NCBI GenBank assembly: GCA_944381255.1
Contig: CALWKL010000025.1
Location: forward strand, 1-32,882
Length of the DNA stretch: 32,882 bases
Direction: 5' to 3'
Source of the DNA: an uncultured Clostridia bacterium
GTDB lineage: Bacteria; Bacillota; Clostridia; Christensenellales; UBA1242
The notes beneath the pieces were generated by a model. It made no database searches. It had not been told where the DNA came from and worked only from the letters and a program-made list of their open reading frames with translations. The stretch's first letter is position 1. Every line of letters begins with the position of its first letter. Made by a program: the position numbers and the translations under genes. This document shows positions 25,703 through 32,882 of the stretch, one piece after another.

Positions 25703-26482
25703 TTAAGAATTTGTATTTTTGTTAAGTTTTTGGACACCTGCCCTATCGATAATATAATTATCTTTGTATACCAAATCACCTATACAAGTAATCGTATATC
25801 CTTGTTTTTTCAAACGATCTAGCACAATAGGTAATGCGTCTAAAATATGGTCGGAATTGTTGTGACATAGGATAATTGAGCCATTCTTTACTCGTGAAAG
25901 TATCCTATTTGAGATTTCGCTACCACTTATACCTTTCCAATCTAGGCTATCTACGTCCCATTGGATAGTCTGCAAGCCCATTGCACTAGCCGTATCTATG
26001 ACAGTATTGTTGTACGAACCAAATGGAGCACGAAATAATTCTACATCGACATCTACAACTGATTTTATTTTCTGCACAGACTGCTCTAACTCTAGTCGAA
26101 TTTGCTCTGCACTGAGTTTGACTAAATCTGGGTGGGTATTGCTATGTGTACCTATTTCGTAGCCATGCTCTTGTATAAGCTTTACTTCATCTGGATATTT
26201 ATCTACCCAAAATCCTACCAAAAAGAAAGTAGCACCGACATCATATTCATCTAACAATTCTACAATTTTGGCTGTTTTATCAGCACCCCAAGCAGCATCA
26301 AAACTAATCGCTACCTGTTTTTTGTCAGTCTCTACATTGTAGACAGGAATTTTACGCAGATTATCCCCAAAGAACACAGCCGACATTGCGTTCTCTCCCA
26401 AAGGCATAGATAGTACAGCACACAAGACAATACTAGCCAAAGCTAGCCACAAAACTGACCGCTTTATGATAAGAAATTTCAT
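25703..26482 (-). CDS. pdaB: polysaccharide deacetylase (NodB) family protein, PdaB-like sporulation type
   Basis: N-terminal TM/signal segment, then ISFDAAWG, GATFFLVG, GYEIGTHSNTHPD and LFRAPFG NodB motifs, about 259 aa. RBS GAGGAAG. The PdaB versus PdaA assignment is tentative. Confidence 0.75.
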   Translation of the reverse strand: MKFLIIKRSVLWLALASIVLCAVLSMPLGENAMSAVFFGDNLRKIPVYNVETDKKQVAISFDAAWGADKTAKIVELLDEYDVGATFFLVGFWVDKYPDEVKLIQEHGYEIGTHSNTHPDLVKLSAEQIRLELEQSVQKIKSVVDVDVELFRAPFGSYNNTVIDTASAMGLQTIQWDVDSLDWKGISGSEISNRILSRVKNGSIILCHNNSDHILDALPIVLDRLKKQGYTITCIGDLVYKDNYIIDRAGVQKLNKNTNS

Positions 26483-26523
26483 AACTTCCTCACAATTCTA
26501 TTTTAGCAAAATTGGTTTATTTT

Positions 26524-26639
26524 TTTATAACAAAAGGTTGTCTAAAAAATGTATCTTTTGTCTTTTTTTTGTTATAAAATGTCAAAATACAAAAATGCTT
26601 TGATATAAAATATGCAGTATAAAAAAAGTTTATAACAAA
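26524..26639. repeat. three copies of the 11-mer TTTATAACAAA (two direct, one inverted)
   Basis: Exact copies at 26524..26534 (+), 26568..26578 (inverted, TTTGTTATAAA) and 26629..26639 (+), upstream of the pdaB-like gene. Confidence 0.6.
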
Positions 26640-26688
26640 GAAATAAAAATGCTTTTCGTTTATAAAATCAAAAGCAGTATAAAAAAAG
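26591..26688. repeat. imperfect tandem direct repeat (two units, period about 54-60 bp)
   Basis: Both units share the blocks AAAAATGCTTT, TATAAAAT and GCAGTATAAAAAAAG in the same order (26591..26628 and 26645..26688). Confidence 0.55.
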
Positions 26689-26730
26689 ACCACTATTGAG
26701 GAATAAACCTTAATAAGTGGTCTTTTTTAT
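26681..26730 (-). terminator. intrinsic terminator downstream of the topoisomerase operon
   Basis: AAAGACCACT ... AGTGGTCTTT long hairpin (inner ATTGAGG/CCTTAAT pairing) with T-runs on both strands. Confidence 0.65.
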
Positions 26731-26785
26731 TTAATTTTATTCTAAAATTTATAGAGTTTATTGAGTTTCTAAAATAAAAATTTAA

Positions 26786-29245
26786 TTATTTTTCATTAAT
26801 AAAGCCTGTAACGACTCGGCTAATGCCTTTGAGTGCCACACCCTTTTTCTCACGTGGAATGATAGATATTTTTTCCGAATTAATACCGACATTTTCTGTA
26901 TCGGTAACTAGCACTATTTCTTTTGGCTCACGCACGCAGGTTGCGAATGTTATCTTGTCCCCAGCATTGAGTAATATTAGGCGCACACCCTTGCGATACC
27001 TAGCAGTTTTTGGAATTTGTGCTAGAATTACTCGTTTTGCCTGTCCTCCTGCAGTGGCTAGCACTACTTCTCCCTCTTCGCTTGTTATATCAGCATATAT
27101 CAAATTGTCTCCATCGTATAGACTTACACCACGCACACCACCAGATACACGGCCTTGCAAAGGCACATCATCTTTGGTCGCTAATAAGACTTGGCCTTGC
27201 TCTGTAACAAAAATTAAATCTTTGGCTGAGTCTTCAAATACTACATTTATAAGTTCATCATCATCACGGACTTTAACTGCCTGGATATAACTTTTTACCG
27301 TATTATATTCAGAAAATGCAGTCTTTTTTACAAAACCGAGTTTAGTAAAGAACAGCAACTCTCGTTTTTCTTCTTCAGCAAAATCTGCCAAAGCAAAACC
27401 TACTATGCGTTCGTTAACCGCTAAGTCCATAAAAATATCTTGAGGAACGATGCCTTTGTCGCGATACTTGCAAGTCTTGATATCACTCATATTAAATTTG
27501 ATACTATATCCTTTGCTAGTAAATGCGAGCACATCACTATCACTCATTACTTTTAATATTTGAGTATGGACTTGAGTTAGACTTCCTCCAGTCTTAAAAT
27601 CTTTGGTAGCATTGTTATATGTCTTTTGGTCCATTGCTTTAATACAGCCTTGAGCTGTCAGTCCTAAAACCATAGGTACAGCTACATCTACCTTTACAGT
27701 CTGCACATCGATTTCGTCCTCAGAGGATATAATCTGTGTACGCCTTGGATTTTTGTACTTACGCTTTATCTCGAGAATTTCCTCACGCACAATACCAAAT
27801 TGAAGGTCTTTGCTCTTAACTATCGCAGTAAGTTTGTCTATCAAAATCTTTAATTCTTTTAGTTCGCTAGTGATTTTGTTTACTTCTAGGCTAGTTAACC
27901 TAGCAAGCCTCATATCTAGTATTGCTTGTGCCTGACGCTCAGACAATAAGAATTTGTCCTTTAACTTCATCTTTGCATCAGCCGGAGACGCAGCTTTTTT
28001 AATTATTCTTACTACTTCATCAATATTTTTAATAGCGATGAGCAGACCCTCTAAGATATGGCTACGCTCTTTGGCAACCTCTAGGTCGTATTTACTACGG
28101 CGGTAAATTATCTCACGCTGGTACTCTACATAGTAAGATATGATATCAAGTAGCCCCATAGTTTTTGGCTTACCACCTGCGATTGCTACCATATTGATAG
28201 CAAAACTGCATCGCATATCGGTAGATTTAAGTAATTGGTCTAGTATTGCCTGTACATTCCCTTCCTTTTTGATAGAAATTACTGCACGCATACCCTCTCT
28301 ATCTGACTCATCTCGTACTTCAGCGATATCACTAAGCACGCCCTCTTTTTCTTCGCTCAACTCGACAATGTTTTGCAATAATTTTGACTTGTTGACTTGA
28401 TAAGGCAATTCGGTAATGATGATGTTCTTTTTCTCACCCTTACCCTCTTCTATGTGATATTTTGCGGACATAATGATTTTGCCTTTACCTGTCTCATAAG
28501 CCTTGTAAAGTTCGTCAACAGTCATTGTACCACCAGTAGGAAAATCTGGTCCCTTGATATGCTTCATCATTTGCTTAAGGGTAATCTTAGGGTTGTCTAT
28601 ATATGCTACTACACCATCGATAACTTCAGCTAGGTTGTGTGGTGGAATATTGGTGGCTAGTCCTACTGCTATTCCACTAGCACCATTGACCAAAAGATTT
28701 GGGAAGCGACCAGGTAACATATCTGGCTCTTTAATCGTATCATCGAAGTTTAGACTCCAGCGTACTGTATCTTTCTCCAAATCACGCAACAACTCCATAG
28801 CGAGAGGGGCAAGTCTTGCCTCTGTATAACGCATCGCTGCAGCGCTATCTCCATCATTACTACCAAAGTTTCCATGACCTTGTACTAGTATCTCTCGCAT
28901 ATTATGAGGCTGTGCTAACCTTACCATAGCATCATATACAGACGAATCACCATGAGGGTGAAATTTACCCAAGCAGTCTCCTACGATACGAGCAGACTTT
29001 TTGAATGGCTTGTCTGGCTCTAGCCCCAGAAGCAACATATCATATAATATTCGGCGTTGCACAGGTTTTAGTCCATCTTCCACCCTTGGTAATGCTCGAT
29101 CCAATATAACGCACTCACTATATGGAATCATACTTATGTGCAATACTTGATCCAGACTGCGCTCAATTATAGAGCCACTAGATGCTTTTATCTCATCAGC
29201 GACTGATGCATCTGCTTTTATTTTTTCATCTTTATTCTTACTCAA
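26786..29245 (-). CDS. parC: type IIA DNA topoisomerase subunit A, GyrA/ParC family (ParC-like: no GyrA box seen)
   Basis: [28 protein letters not shown] and [10 protein letters not shown] (active-site Tyr). TTG start at 29245, 5 nt after AGGAGA. The first CTD blade region ([17 protein letters not shown]...) has no QRRGGKG-type box. Confidence 0.85.
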   Translation of the reverse strand: MSKNKDEKIKADASVADEIKASSGSIIERSLDQVLHISMIPYSECVILDRALPRVEDGLKPVQRRILYDMLLLGLEPDKPFKKSARIVGDCLGKFHPHGDSSVYDAMVRLAQPHNMREILVQGHGNFGSNDGDSAAAMRYTEARLAPLAMELLRDLEKDTVRWSLNFDDTIKEPDMLPGRFPNLLVNGASGIAVGLATNIPPHNLAEVIDGVVAYIDNPKITLKQMMKHIKGPDFPTGGTMTVDELYKAYETGKGKIIMSAKYHIEEGKGEKKNIIITELPYQVNKSKLLQNIVELSEEKEGVLSDIAEVRDESDREGMRAVISIKKEGNVQAILDQLLKSTDMRCSFAINMVAIAGGKPKTMGLLDIISYYVEYQREIIYRRSKYDLEVAKERSHILEGLLIAIKNIDEVVRIIKKAASPADAKMKLKDKFLLSERQAQAILDMRLARLTSLEVNKITSELKELKILIDKLTAIVKSKDLQFGIVREEILEIKRKYKNPRRTQIISSEDEIDVQTVKVDVAVPMVLGLTAQGCIKAMDQKTYNNATKDFKTGGSLTQVHTQILKVMSDSDVLAFTSKGYSIKFNMSDIKTCKYRDKGIVPQDIFMDLAVNERIVGFALADFAEEEKRELLFFTKLGFVKKTAFSEYNTVKSYIQAVKVRDDDELINVVFEDSAKDLIFVTEQGQVLLATKDDVPLQGRVSGGVRGVSLYDGDNLIYADITSEEGEVVLATAGGQAKRVILAQIPKTARYRKGVRLILLNAGDKITFATCVREPKEIVLVTDTENVGINSEKISIIPREKKGVALKGISRVVTGFINEK

Positions 29246-29254
29246 TTTTCTCTC

Positions 29255-31210
29255 CTAATCTTGTTTACCAGCAAAAGTTTCTTCTCTATTAAAATTAGCG
29301 TGTTCTGCGATGTAAGCTTTACGAGCCTCGATATTATCCCCCATAAGAGTAGTAATCATCAATTCTGCATTTGCTACATCGTCAAGAGTTACCCTAAGAA
29401 GCGAACGCTTAGCAGGGTCCATAGCAGTATCCCACAACTGCTCAGGATTCATCTCACCCAAACCTTTGTATCGTTGAATTGCATAGCCCTTACCTACACG
29501 CTCGATAGCCTCAGGCAACTCTGCATCAGAATACACATATTCTACAGTATCTCGCTTTGAAACTTTGTATAGAGGTGGCAAACCTATATACAAATGACCA
29601 TTCAAGATTAATTCACGCATATATCTAAAGAAGAAAGTTATTAAAATTGCACGAATGTGCGCTCCATCTTGGTCGGCATCGCTTAGTATTATAACCTTGT
29701 GATATTTCAAATTAGACAGGTTAAAATCTTCCCCAATGCCAGTACCCAAAGCACTTATAATAGTACGAATTTCCTCATTCGCTAAGATTTGAGCCAAACG
29801 CTTTTTCTCTGCGTTCAAAGGTTTACCACGCAGAGCAAGTATTGCTTGGAAAGAGCGGTCTCGAGCTTGTTTTGCACTACCACCAGCACTATCACCTTCC
29901 ACGATGAATAGTTCGTTCTGCTCTGCTTTTTTACCACTACAACTGCTTAACTTACCTATCAAGTTACTATTCTCAATGCTATGTTTTGCTCTAGTAATCT
30001 CTTTTGCCTTTCTCGCCGCTTCACGAACTTTGGCAGCCTGTTTTGCCTTGCCAACAGCTAATTCCAGCACTTGTTTATTGGCACCTTTGTCAAAGTACTC
30101 CATCAATTTTTGATAACTCAGACTCTCTACTTCTGGTTTTATTTCTGTATTTCCGAGTTTCGTCTTTGTCTGTCCCTCAAATTGAACGTTGCGCATCTTG
30201 ATAGCCAACACAATAGTAAGCCCTTCTCGAAAATCTTCGCCAGTTAGTGCCAAGTCTTTATCTTTAATAAAACCAGCTTTTTTACCCAAATCAGTAAAAG
30301 CCTTTGTCAATGCAGACTTCAAGCCTAATTCATGAGTACCACCTTCACTAGTTGGAATATTATTTACATAGCTAAATGTGTTCTCGGTATAACTATTGGT
30401 ATATTGCATTGCACATTCGATTTGGCAAAGATCGCTCTTTGCCTCAAAATATATAGGTTTGGCATGCTCTACTGTTTTATTCTCATTCAAATATTTTACA
30501 AAGTCAGCCAATCCGCCATCATATTTAAACTCAACGGTCAGAGGCTCTCCATTGGTCAATTTTCTCTCATCTATTAATTTTATGCGAATACCTTTGTTCA
30601 AAAATGCTATTTCTCGCAAGCGCTTAGATACTGTCTCAAAATCAAATACAATATCTTCAAACACTCTATCATCAGGCAAGAAGCGTACGACCGAACCTTG
30701 CAATTTTGTCTTACCCACTTTCTTCAGAGGGGCAACAGGCACACCACTTTTAATATTCTTACCCGTGCCTCTACTCTCAAATTGCATCTCATATTCATAG
30801 CCATCTCTATACACTGTAACAGTTAGCCACCTTGACAACGCATTTGCTACCGAAGCACCTACACCATGTAGACCACCAGAGAAATTATAGTTATCACTTT
30901 CAAACTTACCACCAGCATGGAGCTGAGTAAACACAACCTCTACACCACTGACTTTCTTCTGTGGGTGAATATCTACTGGTATACCACGACCATTATCCTC
31001 TACCTGCGCACTGCCATCTTCCTCTAGAGTTACGATAATCGTGTCTCCATATCCGTTAGCAATTTCATCTACACTGTTGTCTACGATTTCCCACAACAGA
31101 TGATGCAAGCCTTTAGTTCCCGTGGTACCTATATACATACCGGGGCGCATGCGTACTGCATCTAGCCCCTCCAATATAACTATATCTTTTGAATCATACT
31201 CTTTTGACAA
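29255..31210 (-). CDS. parE: type IIA DNA topoisomerase subunit B, GyrB/ParE family (ParE-like)
   Basis: LEGLDAVRMRPGMYIG, HHLLWEIVDNSVDE, GGLHGVG, Toprim ELFIVEGDSAGGSAKQ and LSDADQDGAHI. Start taken as TTG at 31210, 7 nt after AAGGAG. The track start at 31267 (also TTG) has no RBS. Confidence 0.85.
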   Translation of the reverse strand: MSKEYDSKDIVILEGLDAVRMRPGMYIGTTGTKGLHHLLWEIVDNSVDEIANGYGDTIIVTLEEDGSAQVEDNGRGIPVDIHPQKKVSGVEVVFTQLHAGGKFESDNYNFSGGLHGVGASVANALSRWLTVTVYRDGYEYEMQFESRGTGKNIKSGVPVAPLKKVGKTKLQGSVVRFLPDDRVFEDIVFDFETVSKRLREIAFLNKGIRIKLIDERKLTNGEPLTVEFKYDGGLADFVKYLNENKTVEHAKPIYFEAKSDLCQIECAMQYTNSYTENTFSYVNNIPTSEGGTHELGLKSALTKAFTDLGKKAGFIKDKDLALTGEDFREGLTIVLAIKMRNVQFEGQTKTKLGNTEIKPEVESLSYQKLMEYFDKGANKQVLELAVGKAKQAAKVREAARKAKEITRAKHSIENSNLIGKLSSCSGKKAEQNELFIVEGDSAGGSAKQARDRSFQAILALRGKPLNAEKKRLAQILANEEIRTIISALGTGIGEDFNLSNLKYHKVIILSDADQDGAHIRAILITFFFRYMRELILNGHLYIGLPPLYKVSKRDTVEYVYSDAELPEAIERVGKGYAIQRYKGLGEMNPEQLWDTAMDPAKRSLLRVTLDDVANAELMITTLMGDNIEARKAYIAEHANFNREETFAGKQD

Positions 31211-31378
31211 AACAATTCTCCTTAGCAAATTTTCTTTTATTCTATCTATTTTACCACAAATTATCAAAAATCAAAAATCAATTTTAATAAAATTATAAAA
31301 AATTTTTAATATTTAATCACAATCAAGCATAAATTTACCCCAAAAACAAAGAATAACTGTATAAAAGGAAGTGCGAAT

Positions 31379-32437
31379 TTGTCTACAATTATATTCACTG
31401 GTGGAGGTACTGCAGGGCATGTAATGCCAAATATTACCCTAATACCTTACCTACACCAACATTTCGAAAAGATAGTATACATAGGCAGTGAAAAGGGACC
31501 AGAGCGAAAACTAGTGGCTCGATTCCCTTTTGTAAAATTTTACCCTATCACTACAGCAAAATTGATACGAAGCTTTACTCCTAAAAACTTACTTATACCA
31601 TTCCTTGTGCACAAAGGCAAACGAGAAGCTTTACAAATTTTAAAGGAAACTATGCCTGATGTCATCTTTAGCAAGGGTGGCTATGTAGCCTTACCTGTTG
31701 CACTAGCAGGTAAAAAACTAGGCATTCCAATGATAAGCCACGAAAGTGATTTTTCTCTAGGGTTATCAAATAAAATTACTAGCAAATTTTTTGATACTGT
31801 ATGCACCACTTTCCCTCAGACTGCCGATAAGTTAAAAAATGGATTATATGTAGGCCCTCCTTTTGAAAAAAAAGATTTTTCAGCAGAAGAAATTTTACAA
31901 GTAAAGAAACAATTTAAGTTATCTTCAAGCAAGCCCATATTATTAGTTGTAGGCGGAAGTCAAGGTTCAGCTAGCATTAATAAATTAATAGAAGACAACA
32001 TTACAGAACTTACTAAGACTCATCAAGTAGTACACTTAACAGGTCATGGTAAATTAAATAAAGCACTAAATGTAGTAGACTACCACCCAATCGAATTTAC
32101 CAATCAACTAAATACACTTATGAGTATCGCTGACTTGGCAATCACTCGAGGTGGCAGTAATACAATTTTTGAATTACTAGCATACAATGTACCTATGCTA
32201 ATCATTCCACTTTCAAAAGGTTCTCGTGGCGACCAAATACAAAACGCAAAATATTTTGAAAGTCAAGGATATGCTATCACCTTGCTAGACAACAATATTA
32301 CCTCAAATGAATTTATAGAAAGTTTCAACAAATTACGCACAAACGCCCGAAAAATGCGACTATCAAATAAAAATGCATTACCTCAAGACACTATTCAAAG
32401 AATTGTAGCACTACTACTTAAATACAAAAAACAATAG
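31379..32437 (+). CDS. murG: undecaprenyldiphospho-muramoylpentapeptide beta-N-acetylglucosaminyltransferase
   Basis: IIFTGGGTAGHVMPN glycine loop, VVGGSQGS and ITRGGSNTIFELL. TTG start 7 nt after AAGGAAG. Confidence 0.88.
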   Translation: MSTIIFTGGGTAGHVMPNITLIPYLHQHFEKIVYIGSEKGPERKLVARFPFVKFYPITTAKLIRSFTPKNLLIPFLVHKGKREALQILKETMPDVIFSKGGYVALPVALAGKKLGIPMISHESDFSLGLSNKITSKFFDTVCTTFPQTADKLKNGLYVGPPFEKKDFSAEEILQVKKQFKLSSSKPILLVVGGSQGSASINKLIEDNITELTKTHQVVHLTGHGKLNKALNVVDYHPIEFTNQLNTLMSIADLAITRGGSNTIFELLAYNVPMLIIPLSKGSRGDQIQNAKYFESQGYAITLLDNNITSNEFIESFNKLRTNARKMRLSNKNALPQDTIQRIVALLLKYKKQ

Positions 32438-32578
32438 ATTTTGTTATACGCAAAAATGCATATTATACAAAAAGCATATAATTTTTATTCAATCGCAATT
32501 TTACACAAACTAATCTTAATTCAACACTTATTTATATATTTTTAAAATTATATAGTAAAATCTTTATTATATTTAAAT

Positions 32579-32602
32579 ACTATGCATAGTATTATGCATA
32601 GT
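32579..32602. promoter_or_regulatory. two adjacent copies of the palindrome TATGCATA (operator-like)
   Basis: acTATGCATAgtatTATGCATAgt. The first copy is part of the perfect 12-bp palindrome ACTATGCATAGT. Centre-to-centre spacing is 12 bp. Confidence 0.35.
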
Positions 32603-32844
32603 TTATTTTAATTTATAATATATTTATAAAAAATTTAATAATTTATAAATATAAATAATTTATGTATAAGTTTAACATAAAAATATCCTACCTTTCAACC
32701 ACTAAAATTTAATTTAATTTGTATTTTAGTACAAATTAATACAAAGATTTTGCTTGCTTTGAATAACTTTTTTCTTACTAAAGTAGCATTATATTGTATA
32801 AACACTTAACTATACAGAATTAAAATATTTTTTATTAAAATAAA

Positions 32845-32877
32845 AACGCATCTACTAACTAAATAGTAGAATGCGTT
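32845..32877 (-). terminator. strong hairpin, probably the terminator of a minus-strand gene beyond the right window edge
   Basis: AACGCATCTACTA-loop-TAGTAGAATGCGTT (13 bp with one bulged A). The minus strand continues TTTTATTTTAAT. The plus-strand tail is cut off by the window end. Confidence 0.4.
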
Positions 32878-32882
32878 CTTTA

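Noticed and set aside
25678-25779. 34-codon N-terminal extension of the SSB-like ORF
   Set aside because: It would overlap the 3' end of the deacetylase gene by 77 bp. The internal ATG at 25677 has a GGAG RBS and begins just before the first OB fold.
26591-26688. Possible CRISPR-like array
   Set aside because: There are only two imperfect units, they are very AT-rich, unit lengths are unequal, there is no spacer/repeat regularity, and the window holds no cas genes.
31211-31267. 19-codon N-terminal extension of the ParE-like ORF (track start, TTG)
   Set aside because: It has no RBS. A TTG at 31210 sits 7 nt after AAGGAG and yields the usual short lead-in before LEGLDAVRMRPGMYIG.
32438-32882. 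Replication origin (AT-rich tract with repeats)
   Set aside because: I found no cluster of DnaA boxes. The closest match to TTATCCACA is a single TTTTACACA with two mismatches. There is no dnaA/dnaN nearby, and the local topoisomerase pair looks like topo IV rather than origin-linked gyrase.

Overview
Visibly AT-rich chromosomal segment of an endospore-forming Firmicute (Clostridia-like), inferred from spoIVA, spmA/spmB and a PdaB-like deacetylase. I call 27 protein genes, one tRNA-Glu(CUC), and several sigma-A-type promoters and intrinsic terminators. Most genes are housekeeping: rsmA, tatD, metG, ftsH, holA, comEC, a ParE/ParC-like type IIA topoisomerase pair, murG and an ADP-forming acyl-CoA synthetase. 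I saw no integrase, transposase, CRISPR array or rRNA. The best candidate for an undescribed system is a translationally coupled two-gene cassette on the minus strand (14870..17760). It pairs a 2-TM, otherwise disordered, Lys/Arg/Ser-rich protein with a 592-aa RecF/OLD-like ABC ATPase whose C-terminal half resembles a divergent Toprim domain. The cassette has its own strong promoter and sits between ftsH and metG. Secondary items are an orphan convergent pair (HExxH peptidase-MA-like protein plus a 166-aa unknown) bracketed by terminators, a tandem-OB-fold SSB-like protein, repeat-dense intergenic regions upstream of the pdaB-like gene and downstream of murG, and a ComEC lacking the metallo-beta-lactamase domain. 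All functional calls come from motif recognition by eye; no database search was run.
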